Shown here in pieces: positions 10,051-19,639 of a stretch of DNA of 64,000 nt; the first letter of the stretch is position 1; the number at the start of each line of letters is the position of its first letter. The stretch covers positions 36,645 through 100,644 of the forward strand of contig JALERL010000060.1 in the NCBI GenBank assembly GCA_022764465.1, given 5' to 3'. Below the pieces are notes generated by a model. It saw nothing but the letters and a program-made list of their open reading frames with translations. It was not told the origin of the DNA and did no database searches. The position numbers and the translations under genes were made by a program. The DNA comes from Lachnospiraceae bacterium. Its GTDB lineage: Bacteria > Bacillota > Clostridia > Lachnospirales > Lachnospiraceae.

Positions 10051-10160
10051 GTTTTTACTCCTGATAGAAAAATTTAATAGAATTTTTACGTTCTCTTTCG
10101 TCCTTTTTTATACCTATCTGATATACTCATATATATTAGCAATTTGAGGGGTACTTGTAA

Positions 10161-10916
10161 ATGAAAAGAAATCGCAGATCCAAAAGTAGAATTTCAGAAA
10201 TAGAAGAAACCGACATTATCGTCGAAGAAGATACCATCGCCGTTACGGAGCTTATGCCGCTTGGCGGTATGGCAAATGATAATATGCGTACGATCGCTGA
10301 CATGACTGAACAGTTTACCTACAGCATCGACCCGATCTTACGCATGTACAATGCAGCCATGAGTGCAACGACCGCAAGGCTTGAGATCATCAAGGACGAA
10401 TTCCACTACCGGAATCTCCGCTGTCCGATCCATCATATTGATACGCGGTTAAAGTCCGCAGGCAGTATCCTTGGCAAGCTTGAGAAAAAAAATCTCGACC
10501 TTACCCTGTCGGCTGCCTGCAACAATATCTATGACATCGCCGGTGTCCGCATTGTGTGTCCGTACATCAAGGATGTATATCTGATCCGTGACCGTATCTT
10601 AGCACAGGATGATCTACATATCCTTGAGATCAAGGACTATATTGAAAAGCCAAAGAAAAACGGTTACCGCAGTCTGCACATTATCATCCGCATCCCGGTT
10701 TACTTTATGAACAAAAAGCAGTTCGTTCCGGTGGAACTTCAGATCCGGACACTTGCGATGGACTTATGGGCAAGCTTAGAGCACGACATCCGTTACAAGT
10801 CCATCAATAAGGATGTGGACGTTGACTTTGCCGGAGAACTGTTTCAATGCAGCGAACTGATCTATCAGGCAGAGGAAAAAATGGAGGCTATGAATGAGGT
10901 CTTAGAGAATCATTGA
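10161..10916 (+). CDS. Small alarmone synthetase ((p)ppGpp synthetase, RelP/RelQ-like)
   Basis: RLKS..SI..K, DIAGVRI, KDYI..PK.NGYRSLH and ELQIRT..MD.WASLEH motifs. Confidence 0.9.
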   Translation: MKRNRRSKSRISEIEETDIIVEEDTIAVTELMPLGGMANDNMRTIADMTEQFTYSIDPILRMYNAAMSATTARLEIIKDEFHYRNLRCPIHHIDTRLKSAGSILGKLEKKNLDLTLSAACNNIYDIAGVRIVCPYIKDVYLIRDRILAQDDLHILEIKDYIEKPKKNGYRSLHIIIRIPVYFMNKKQFVPVELQIRTLAMDLWASLEHDIRYKSINKDVDVDFAGELFQCSELIYQAEEKMEAMNEVLENH

Positions 10917-11665
10917 TCCGCACCATTTAACAGCAGACGGATTGCATCGACCGTCTGCTGCTTCTGACTCTGACCGGTAATAAGCGGCTCTCCATCGCCC
11001 TTTTGTTTTCCATAATCCGCAAATATGGCATGGTTGCCGCCCTCAATGCAGACTTCTGTTGCATTCTCCGGTAACAATGCCTTTCCATCCTCTAACTTTT
11101 CCCGGTTTAACACACCATCCTCACTTCCATAAACCGTAAGCACCTTCAATCCACTGTCACGCAGATCCTTTGTCGGATAGGCTGCAAGCAAGACCAGTCC
11201 GGTCAGATCTTCTGTATGCTTTGCCGCATAATCTGCTGCCATTGCACCACCTAAGGAATGACCCGCCAGATACCAGTGCTCATAGTCATAGGTATCTAAA
11301 ATATCATCTGCGCGGTTGACTCCGAATATCGCAAGATTGCATGGCATATGTAGTAAAAAGCAGTCAATTCCCTGACTGGCAAGCTCATACATCAACGGTG
11401 CATATGCCGTATACTCCACCTTTGCACCCGGATAAAAAATAAGAGCCTCTGTTTCTCCTTTTCCATCAAAAAACAGACCATTCCCGATACCGGTTACCGT
11501 AACAGTATCATCACTCTTTAAATACGGTGCAGTTTCATCGGCGTCCGCATGATAATAATCGTTCACATACCAGACACTTCCACCGGCGATCACCACCAGT
11601 AAAAAAAGTAAGACCAGACCTATTCTCTTTTTCCAATTCAATTTCTTTTTCAACTGTTTTTCCAT
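10910..11665 (-). CDS. Membrane-anchored alpha/beta hydrolase
   Basis: FYPGAKV, GHSLGG nucleophile elbow, DGV and GGNH. Confidence 0.85.
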   Translation of the reverse strand: MEKQLKKKLNWKKRIGLVLLFLLVVIAGGSVWYVNDYYHADADETAPYLKSDDTVTVTGIGNGLFFDGKGETEALIFYPGAKVEYTAYAPLMYELASQGIDCFLLHMPCNLAIFGVNRADDILDTYDYEHWYLAGHSLGGAMAADYAAKHTEDLTGLVLLAAYPTKDLRDSGLKVLTVYGSEDGVLNREKLEDGKALLPENATEVCIEGGNHAIFADYGKQKGDGEPLITGQSQKQQTVDAIRLLLNGADQ

Positions 11666-11813
11666 ACCCTTTCCTTATGATGTGATATAATAATTTCGTC
11701 AAGCAGATAAGCAACATGACTGCTTGCAGTCACTGTTGTTTATCTATTTGACGAATAAACAAACATGAACAAGTAGGGCAAGCTGTTACGAAATAACTGC
11801 CCAGGAGGTTTCT

Positions 11814-12674
11814 ATGAATACCGATACACTCACCACATTCCTAAAGCTCTCAGAGATCCGCAACTATACCCAGACCGCACGCCAGCTTTTTGTCGCACAG
11901 TCTACGGTCACGAACCGGATCTTCGAGTTAGAAAACGAATTAGGCTTTCCACTCTTCGTCCGTGAACGCAAGAATTTGACACTTACGACCGAGGGAGAGC
12001 ACTTCTTAGAATATGCCCGAAGGATCTTAGATCTGGAACGCTCTGCCATTCAGGAGCTGTCGAATCTGAACCATTTTACGCAGTCCCTGCGGATTGGATC
12101 TACAAATACGATCTACGAGTGCCATCTGATCCAGCCGCTGCTGGCCTATCAGAAAAAGCATCCGGACATCAGCATCTCAGTCAGTATTGATCACTCCATG
12201 CCGCTCCTTCAGATGTTGCAGGATCATATCTTAGATGTAGTCTTTACCTATGTACCGCATGAAAAAAGTCCGATCCTCTCTACTGCCTTCGTAACAGACC
12301 CACTGGTGCTTGTCACCGGATGGAAGAATACGGACTTTGCAGAAGGCATCCACCAGAGTGAACTGATCGAAATGCCCTACTATTACTGTGACTTCCCATT
12401 TCAGGAGCTTGGCAGCTTTATTAAGAATCTTTTTCCAAAGGGACATCCGTTCCCGCTTACGATGGACCGCAGCGTGAACCTGCTGCCGTTTCTCTTAGAA
12501 AGTGATGGCTACAGCTTCCTTCCACAGAGCCTTGTCGCTCCGTATATCCGGGATAAAAAACTGCGCACGATCGCTACGCTTGACTTTACAGTACCACCGG
12601 TGCATGGCTATGTCGAATACTGCAAGGACACGCCTGCCGGGAATCTGATCGAAGATCTGACCGCCCTGCTATAG
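11814..12674 (+). CDS. LysR-family transcriptional regulator
   Basis: N-terminal HTH NYTQTARQLFVAQSTVTNRIFELENELGFPLFVR. Confidence 0.92.
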   Translation: MNTDTLTTFLKLSEIRNYTQTARQLFVAQSTVTNRIFELENELGFPLFVRERKNLTLTTEGEHFLEYARRILDLERSAIQELSNLNHFTQSLRIGSTNTIYECHLIQPLLAYQKKHPDISISVSIDHSMPLLQMLQDHILDVVFTYVPHEKSPILSTAFVTDPLVLVTGWKNTDFAEGIHQSELIEMPYYYCDFPFQELGSFIKNLFPKGHPFPLTMDRSVNLLPFLLESDGYSFLPQSLVAPYIRDKKLRTIATLDFTVPPVHGYVEYCKDTPAGNLIEDLTALL

Positions 12675-12731
12675 GCAAGTATACCTCCACACAGAATTAA
12701 GCTGTCAAATATAGCTTTTTAATGTTGACAG

Positions 12732-12907
12732 GACAAAATGCAAAAATATGTTGCGCAAACATTTGCAACGCTCATCGTGAACTAACTGCTAACTACAACC
12801 ATACAAGTTCAGAGGTGGCTTCACTTGTGGTTTTCGTAAGCAGTGGATTTCACTCGAAGCGAAAGGCGCAAATAAAAGTTTGCTTTACATATTTTTTGCA
12901 TTTTGTC
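12732..12907. repeat. ~175-bp rod-shaped palindromic repeat, copy 1
   Basis: Terminal IR GACAAAATGCAAAAATATGT / ACATATTTTTTGCATTTTGTC with nested internal stems; near-identical copy at 62334-62506. Confidence 0.85.
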
Positions 12908-12945
12908 TTTTTCATTTTTATCGGGCATTTTTTGATGCTGACAGC

Positions 12946-14112
12946 TTAATTCTTACTGTACAAGTTGATCCCCCGCTTCAGCCGGTCAAGTGCTTCAAGG
13001 ACGACTGCCTTCGGACATGCGAGGTTCATACGTAGGAAATATCTTCCGTTTCCGCGGTACTGGCTTCCGGTTGACAGGTAAAGTCCCGTCTCCTTACGTA
13101 TAAAGCTGCACAGCTTATCGGTATCATCCGTGATATGACTACAATCTAGCCAGAGCAGATAGGTTGCATGGGATTCGGTCAGTTTCACTTCCGGTAACTG
13201 TTCCTGCAAAAATGCTTTCACACACTTCTTGTTTTCCTCAATATAGGCACAAAGCTGCTTCAGCCAATCCTCGCCCTTAGTAAATGCCGCAACGGTTCCA
13301 TCCACCGAAAGTGTGCCCGGCTCTGCGATCTCATCGGAATTGAGTCCGCGCTCCATCTTCTGCCGGATCGCTTCATCCGGGATCATAACTGCTGCTGACT
13401 GTAATCCCGCCAGATTGAAGGCTTTGCTTGCTGCGATACAACTGATACTGTTATTCGCACATACCTCAGAAACAGCCGCAAACGGCAGGTATTCCATTCC
13501 CGGTTCAGTCAGGTCACAATGGATCTCATCGGACAATACCAGTACATGATGCTTCTTACAAAGTTCCCCGATCTTTTCTAATTCTTCCCTGCTCCAGATC
13601 TTTCCGACCGGATTGTGCGGATTGCAGAGGATCATCATTGTCGTCAGAGGATCGGCAAGCTTTTTTTCCAGATCCGCAAAATCAATCTCATACGAAGTTC
13701 CATTGTAGACCAGTTCATTCTCTAGCACATGTCTGCCGTGATTTTCGATCGAGTGAAAGAAGATATCATAGACCGGTGTCTGTACCACGATATTATCCCC
13801 GGTATTCGTCATACGCTTTACCGCACAGGAGATTGCCGGTACGACACCGGTACAAAAGATCAGTGACTCTTTTTCGATGGTCAGATGATGTCTCCTCTTC
13901 CACCAGTCCTGATATGCCAGATACCATTCCTCCGGTACGATCTGATAACCAAAGATTCCGCTCGATACGCGTTTCGCCAGAGCTTCTGTAATCTCCGGTG
14001 CTGTCTGAAAATCCATATCCGCTACCCAGAGCGGCAGTTCATTTTCTGCAATATCCCATTTCAGAGATCCTGTATTTCTTCTCTGACAAATCTGATCAAA
14101 ATTATAGTTCAC
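12946..14112 (-). CDS. MalY/PatB-family PLP enzyme (cystathionine beta-lyase-like)
   Basis: LPLWVADMDF, CNPHNP, SDEIHCD and ASKAFNLAG motifs. Confidence 0.92.
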   Translation of the reverse strand: MNYNFDQICQRRNTGSLKWDIAENELPLWVADMDFQTAPEITEALAKRVSSGIFGYQIVPEEWYLAYQDWWKRRHHLTIEKESLIFCTGVVPAISCAVKRMTNTGDNIVVQTPVYDIFFHSIENHGRHVLENELVYNGTSYEIDFADLEKKLADPLTTMMILCNPHNPVGKIWSREELEKIGELCKKHHVLVLSDEIHCDLTEPGMEYLPFAAVSEVCANNSISCIAASKAFNLAGLQSAAVMIPDEAIRQKMERGLNSDEIAEPGTLSVDGTVAAFTKGEDWLKQLCAYIEENKKCVKAFLQEQLPEVKLTESHATYLLWLDCSHITDDTDKLCSFIRKETGLYLSTGSQYRGNGRYFLRMNLACPKAVVLEALDRLKRGINLYSKN

Positions 14113-15541
14113 GTTTCCTTCCCTCCTGTTTTTTTATCCATTTTTCCCGGTATAACCGGATTAAGAAAATCAGTCCGCGGAAACACAGTTCCACGCACAT
14201 TGCAACCCATACACCGGTTAGTCCATACGGCTTTACCAGTATCACCGCAAGAAATAATCTGACACACCAGATGCTGAAAAAATTCATCAGACTTGGGATC
14301 AGGGTATCTCCTGCACCGCGCAGTGCCCCGGATGCGACAATTGATGCTGCAAACATTGGCTCTGCAAAGGCTTCGATCCGAAGCACATAAGCACCCAGCT
14401 CCTGTATCCGGATATCCGGTGTCAGAATCTCCATCATGACCGGTGCCGCCACAAACATGACAGCCCCCGTCACGGTCATCACGGCAATTCCAAGCCAGAC
14501 CGTCATCCGCGCAAACTTCCGTACCAGTTCCTTTCTTCCTGCGCCAAGACTCTGCCCAACCAGTGTTGTTGCCGCATCCGCGATTCCATAGCCCGGCATA
14601 TAACAAAGACTTTCTGCCGTGATCGCAAAGGAATTCGCTGCGATCGCTATTGTTCCAAGCGGTGCAACAATACGTGTCGTTGCGATCATTGCGCCACACA
14701 TAAAAATATGCTCCGCTGCGATCGGTGCTGCGATTTTGACTGCCCGGATCAGATACTGTCTTTTAATCAAAAAGCTGTTACCTCTGACCAGATGAAGATG
14801 CTTATCCCGGAAGCAAAGAAAGTACATCATGCATACAGCGATCACAAGCTCGGAAAGCGCAGTACCGAGTGCCGCTCCGGTTACGCCCAGTCCTGCTCCC
14901 GGCAGTAATACCTCTTTTCCAAGAAGCATAACTGTCCGTGACGGAAAGATCAACAGTGAGTTAAAAATAACATCCAAAAAGCACATCGCAACATTTAACA
15001 TGCTCGGCAGCCGCATATTGCCACTGCATTGCAGCATATTGCCTGCCAGCCGGTTTAACTGTATCGCCGGGATAGACAGAATGTAGATCCTGAAATACGA
15101 CACCGCATCCGCCCGGATCGATACCTCTGCATGAAGCCATCCCGGAAGCGGTCCACTGATCACCATTCCGATCGTAAGCAGGATTCCGCTAAAGAGTACC
15201 GCACAAAGCAGGGACTGCTGCAATACACTTCCTGCTTCCTTCATTTTTCCTGCTCCGATCAGTTGTGCGACCTGTACGGAAAATCCGATCGCCGCGGCAG
15301 AACATACCCCTCCAAACAGCCACGTCGTGCTCGACACCAGTCCGATCGATGCCGATGCCTCTGCGCCAAGACTTCCCACCATCGATGCATCAATATACTG
15401 CATGATGATCGAGGTGATCTGGGCAAGCACTGCCGGCAGGCTTAAACGCAGTACCAAAATCAGTTGTTCCCTTAATGACAGTTCCTGCTGCCCCCGGATC
15501 TTACCAAGCAGATGCTTTACCTGATTCTTTTCCTTTTCCAT
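14102..15541 (-). CDS. MATE family efflux transporter
   Basis: About 12 TM helices; IDASMVGSLG, GVTGAALGT and TTLVGQSLGAG. Confidence 0.9.
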   Translation of the reverse strand: MEKEKNQVKHLLGKIRGQQELSLREQLILVLRLSLPAVLAQITSIIMQYIDASMVGSLGAEASASIGLVSSTTWLFGGVCSAAAIGFSVQVAQLIGAGKMKEAGSVLQQSLLCAVLFSGILLTIGMVISGPLPGWLHAEVSIRADAVSYFRIYILSIPAIQLNRLAGNMLQCSGNMRLPSMLNVAMCFLDVIFNSLLIFPSRTVMLLGKEVLLPGAGLGVTGAALGTALSELVIAVCMMYFLCFRDKHLHLVRGNSFLIKRQYLIRAVKIAAPIAAEHIFMCGAMIATTRIVAPLGTIAIAANSFAITAESLCYMPGYGIADAATTLVGQSLGAGRKELVRKFARMTVWLGIAVMTVTGAVMFVAAPVMMEILTPDIRIQELGAYVLRIEAFAEPMFAASIVASGALRGAGDTLIPSLMNFFSIWCVRLFLAVILVKPYGLTGVWVAMCVELCFRGLIFLIRLYREKWIKKQEGRKREL

Positions 15542-15548
15542 TTTCCTC

Positions 15549-16406
15549 CTAATCGAGCTGATCCTCTTCTTCTGTCAGAACAAACTGCGTATCTTCTTCC
15601 CGCATTTCGGGATTATCAAAAATCACTTCTTCGATCGTCTTCGCCTGGATCTTTCCTGAATATGGATTCTTCACGCTGTCGATCTTACTGTCTATCTTAG
15701 CATCTACCGTAGAATATTCAAATGCAAGATTCGTGTTGAGCAGCTTGCAGTCCTTCATCACGATATTGTCCATATAGCACATGCCCTGCTCACTTTCTAT
15801 GGTACATCCGATCAGTGTGATGTTCTTCGAATTCCATCCAAAATATTCACCGGAGATAAAGGAGTCATAGACCGTCACATTCTCACAGTTCCAGAACGCA
15901 TCCTTTGAAAGCATTCTTGCATTGCGGATCACGAGATTTTTTCCTCCGTCAAAGGAATAATTTCCATCTAACGTAAAGCCATCAATCTCGGCATCCGTAA
16001 GATTCATGCCAAAGTAATCGCCCTTTGCCACGATGTTCTCCATACGGACATTTTTACAGTTCCATAAAGTCTCTTCTGCATGCGGCAGATTGATATTTTT
16101 TAAGGTCACATCCGCGCAGCGGCGGAAGGTCTTTGGTGCCTGGATCGTAATATCTGTCATCGTCAGATGGTTCGTATACCAGATGCCGGCTCTTGCCATC
16201 TCGAATAATGTACTGTCAGTTACTTCTACATTCTCACAATACCAGAGCGGATATTTCCACTGGAACAGGCTGTGATCAATCTTCAGATCACGGCTTTCCT
16301 TTAACGGAGATTCGCCATCTGCAAATGTGCAGTAGGATAAGGTCAGATCCCTACTCTGAAATAATGCTCTTTCACCGGTAAAACGTTCCTGTTCGTATTT
16401 TTTCAT
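15549..16406 (-). CDS. DUF3737 family beta-helix protein
   Basis: GERALF, DGESPLKES, WKYPLWY and TNLAFEYS motifs; usual neighbour of patB. Confidence 0.85.
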   Translation of the reverse strand: MKKYEQERFTGERALFQSRDLTLSYCTFADGESPLKESRDLKIDHSLFQWKYPLWYCENVEVTDSTLFEMARAGIWYTNHLTMTDITIQAPKTFRRCADVTLKNINLPHAEETLWNCKNVRMENIVAKGDYFGMNLTDAEIDGFTLDGNYSFDGGKNLVIRNARMLSKDAFWNCENVTVYDSFISGEYFGWNSKNITLIGCTIESEQGMCYMDNIVMKDCKLLNTNLAFEYSTVDAKIDSKIDSVKNPYSGKIQAKTIEEVIFDNPEMREEDTQFVLTEEEDQLD

Positions 16407-16578
16407 CTTATTTCGTCCCTTCTGTCTACTTTCATTATCATACTATTTTCCAATCTGTACCACATAAGCCATCCGCTCTGTGTTTACAGACAGACAATGT
16501 TCCTCTAGTAAAATAACTTATTTTTCACACTATATCCAATACTTATATTTTATATTCAATAATGCTTAAAAGGCATGG

Positions 16579-16618
16579 AAAAAGAATGCCTCCCTTTTTC
16601 AAAAAAGGAAGACATTCT
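16579..16618 (-). terminator. Intrinsic terminator
   Basis: Minus-strand stem AGAATGTCTTCCTTTTT / AAAAAGGGAGGCATTCT followed by TTTT. Confidence 0.65.
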
Positions 16619-16634
16619 GATAAACAATACGCTT

Positions 16635-17015
16635 TTAAAGTGTCTGATCTAAAAATTCTGTCATCTCAAATACAAGTGCATCACAGTGCTGCTTCTTCGG
16701 AATCCCCTGATCTCTTGCCTCTGTCAGAAGATCTGCACACTCTGTCGAATGATGCTTCTTACGAAACTCCTGTAACAGTACACTCGCGTCTGACTTATCA
16801 TATCCATGCATACCAAGGATCATAAAGGCTGCGCTTAATACGCCACAGGTAGAGCCATGCATCATACCGGAACCGAAAAATGCTCCTAGTGCTTCTGCCT
16901 GATCCTTTGTTAAATGCAGCTCTTCTGCAAATGGCACTAACAGTGACTGTGCACAGTTATAGTGGTGCTCCACGTTTGCACGAAGCTGTTTTACTTCTTC
17001 CATATGACTCTTCAT
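16635..17015 (-). CDS. C_GCAxxG_C_C family putative redox protein
   Basis: YNCAQS, GSTCG, C and C pattern. Confidence 0.8.
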   Translation of the reverse strand: MKSHMEEVKQLRANVEHHYNCAQSLLVPFAEELHLTKDQAEALGAFFGSGMMHGSTCGVLSAAFMILGMHGYDKSDASVLLQEFRKKHHSTECADLLTEARDQGIPKKQHCDALVFEMTEFLDQTL

Positions 17016-17032
17016 CTGTCTGTATCCTCCGA

Positions 17033-17425
17033 CTACTTTGCATTTGCTTTCTGCTGGAACTTCTCGTTAAAAATGATGAAACGCTCATGCTCGCCTTCAC
17101 CGATCAGGCCTCTCTCATCGTAGGCTTCTACATGGAATACCAGTCTTCTGCCATCGACTTCTACTAACTCTGTCTTAGCTGTTACCTGCATTCCAACCGG
17201 TGTTGCGGATGAATGCTTTACATTCATCATTGTACCGACCGTACCCTGGCCTTCCTCTAACTCACCTGCTACACTCTGGTAAGCTGCCTGCTCCATCAGT
17301 GCGATCATACATGGTGTTGCAAATACCTGTAACTCTCCACTTTTCATTGTCGCTGCTGTATTGCTGTTATCTACAACTGTTGCTGCTTCTCCTCTTATGC
17401 CTGCTTCTAACATTTTATCCTCCAT
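17033..17425 (-). CDS. Hotdog-fold thioesterase (FlK-like)
   Basis: VFATPCMIALME, TVGT...H...TPVG and GEHER motifs. Confidence 0.88.
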   Translation of the reverse strand: MEDKMLEAGIRGEAATVVDNSNTAATMKSGELQVFATPCMIALMEQAAYQSVAGELEEGQGTVGTMMNVKHSSATPVGMQVTAKTELVEVDGRRLVFHVEAYDERGLIGEGEHERFIIFNEKFQQKANAK

Positions 17426-17431
17426 TCCATT

Positions 17432-17734
17432 CTAACACTCAAAATCCATACTCAGACGCACCTCGACATTCGGACGTACATAGGTATCTGCCACTGCTAC
17501 ATGCTTCGGATGCGTCTGATACCCTTTCAATGCCTGTTCGTCCGCAAACAGACTGTCCATCATAATATCTGCGGAAGAGGATGGCAGATACTCCGTCCGG
17601 ATCTGCATTTTCTCTAAGCCATCGATCTGACCTTCGAGTGCCTCTAAGCGTTCCTTGATCTCTTTTTTTGCCTGCTCTTTTTCTGTATCGGAAAGTGAAT
17701 CCTTTAACTTCCATAAAATCATATGCTTAACCAT
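17432..17734 (-). CDS. Dabb / stress-responsive A/B barrel protein
   Basis: MVKHMILWKLK...YQTHPKH...MDFE; start moved to 17734 because of a GGAG RBS. Confidence 0.85.
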   Translation of the reverse strand: MVKHMILWKLKDSLSDTEKEQAKKEIKERLEALEGQIDGLEKMQIRTEYLPSSSADIMMDSLFADEQALKGYQTHPKHVAVADTYVRPNVEVRLSMDFEC

Positions 17735-17810
17735 ATTAATCTCCATTCCTGCGCATTTTTTTGCGCATACCAAGTTTGTGCGCAAGCACAAATCTTGTGT
17801 GTGAAAAATC

Positions 17811-18617
17811 TTACTTCTCAAGTGGGATCTTCTTATCCGCTTTTAATATATGGTTCGATAGCCATCCCAGTAAGAATGCAATCAGCTCTTCTAAGTATTC
17901 CTGCTGATTGTCATCCACTTCGTCAAGATTGATCTCTGTCAATTTTTCTACAAAGGCTTCGTGGGCGCGCTTCTGCCCCGGTAAGCCTTCATAGCCGATG
18001 CGCTCCATATATTCCTCTTCATCCTGAAAATGAAGTACGGTATAATCTTTCAGCTCTGCTAAAATCCGCATGATCTCATCATACTTATCATGTAACAGCT
18101 CTGCATGGATCACCTGATCGGTCTCACGGATAATATCAAACAGCCGCTTATGTTCCTCATCTACCAGTGCGATTCCGGTGCGATACTGATCTGTAAATGC
18201 GAACGGATCATCTTCTGCTCCGACCGGTGCGATCTTACCGATCATAATATCGCTTCCTAAGATATGATGATACAGCCACTTTGCAAGAAACTGAAGCATA
18301 TCCTCCAGCACTGCCCGGCTGCCCTCTTTTGTAACCGGTGTCTGCTCCATCTGCTCTACCTTCGCCACAAACTGAGCATGCTCCTTTTTCTGGCGCTCCA
18401 ACTCCGGATCTGCATGTGCTTCCATATATTCTTCTTCATGGGCAAAATGCTCTGCAGCATATTTCTTCAACGCTGCGATCATATTCTTTGCCAGCTCCAC
18501 CGAACCATCTGTCTCTTCTAATAACTGCATGGCTTCGTTGATCAGCCCAAACAGTCTCTCATGTTCTTTATCAATGACCTCAATGCCGGTACGGCAATCT
18601 TCTGTAAAACGATACAT
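17811..18617 (-). CDS. Tandem two-domain bacteriohemerythrin
   Basis: Two copies of TGI..D.EH..LF, HF..EE.YM and WL..HI...D. Confidence 0.9.
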   Translation of the reverse strand: MYRFTEDCRTGIEVIDKEHERLFGLINEAMQLLEETDGSVELAKNMIAALKKYAAEHFAHEEEYMEAHADPELERQKKEHAQFVAKVEQMEQTPVTKEGSRAVLEDMLQFLAKWLYHHILGSDIMIGKIAPVGAEDDPFAFTDQYRTGIALVDEEHKRLFDIIRETDQVIHAELLHDKYDEIMRILAELKDYTVLHFQDEEEYMERIGYEGLPGQKRAHEAFVEKLTEINLDEVDDNQQEYLEELIAFLLGWLSNHILKADKKIPLEK

Positions 18618-18690
18618 AGCTTCTCCTTTCTTCACGGAACTTATCTATCCCACAGTATACCACATCTGCCTTCCGTTTGTCCTGTTTCTG

Positions 18691-19518
18691 TTACAGGAAA
18701 TAGAAAAAAACAATCAGTCCGAGAATGATCCGGTACCAGCCAAACACCTTAAAATCATGCTTTTTGATATAACTCATCAAAAACTTGATGACCAGCACAG
18801 ATACTGCAAATGCAACTGCCATACCAAGGATCAGGACAAGCAGCTCCGCACTTGAAAAATGCAGTCCGAATTTCAGGATTTTTAATACACTTAAGCCAAA
18901 CATAACCGGTACGGCAAGGAAAAAGGTAAACTCTGCTGCCGCCACTCTCGAAACACCGATCAGAAGTGCACCGATGATCGTGGCACCGGATCTTGAAGTA
19001 CCCGGAATGATCGAAAGCACCTGAAACATCCCGATCCAGAATGCAGTCTGATAGGTAATATCCTGCAGTGTCTGTATCTTCGGCTTGCGCCGTTTATTCC
19101 AGTTTTCAATAAAAATAAAAGCAATTCCATAAAAAATCAGTGCGATCGCGATCACGACCGGAGTATGCAGATGCGCATCGATATAATCATCAAAAAGAAT
19201 CGTTACGATTGCCCCCGGAATACAGGCAACCACAACCTTAAACCACAGGGAAAAAATATCCTTTCTGATCACAGGCTTCGTTTTATCCTTGCACTGGAAC
19301 GGCCACATCTTCTTCCAGAAGATCAGGACTACGGCAAGGATCGCCCCTAGCTGTATCACCACAAAAAACATATCCTTAAAGGAATCACTCATATCCAGTG
19401 AGATAAATTCATCCACCAACAGCATATGTCCGGTACTGCTGATCGGCAGCCACTCGGTAATTCCCTCTACAATTCCCAAAAAGATCACTTTTAAAATCTC
19501 AATAAAATCCAGTATCAT
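18691..19518 (-). CDS. uppP: Undecaprenyl-diphosphate phosphatase
   Basis: EGITEWLPISSTGH and PGTSRSGATI motifs. Confidence 0.95.
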   Translation of the reverse strand: MILDFIEILKVIFLGIVEGITEWLPISSTGHMLLVDEFISLDMSDSFKDMFFVVIQLGAILAVVLIFWKKMWPFQCKDKTKPVIRKDIFSLWFKVVVACIPGAIVTILFDDYIDAHLHTPVVIAIALIFYGIAFIFIENWNKRRKPKIQTLQDITYQTAFWIGMFQVLSIIPGTSRSGATIIGALLIGVSRVAAAEFTFFLAVPVMFGLSVLKILKFGLHFSSAELLVLILGMAVAFAVSVLVIKFLMSYIKKHDFKVFGWYRIILGLIVFFYFL

Positions 19519-19560
19519 AACTTTGCTCCCTTTTCTAATTATTAAATATCATCATTTTTC

Positions 19561-19632
19561 TGTTCCGCAAGCATTTGCAACACTCTTGCGTAACTAACTA
19601 TCAGTCACAACCATACCAGTTCAGATGAAGCT
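19561..19632. repeat. Degenerate left-half copy of the ~175-bp repeat
   Basis: TGTTCCGCAAGCATTTGCAACACTC...AACTAACT...ACAACCATACCAGTTCAG aligns with copies 1 and 2. Confidence 0.7.
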
Positions 19633-19639
19633 GATTTTA

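Noticed and set aside
12732-12907. 6S RNA (similar size and rod shape)
   Set aside because: Multiple dispersed copies, no dedicated promoter/terminator pair and no clear central bubble; an Rfam scan would settle it
12722-12949. 75-aa ORF, and the similar 98-aa ORF at 62239-62535
   Set aside because: Their similarity comes from the palindromic repeat; no RBS, and different starts and ends
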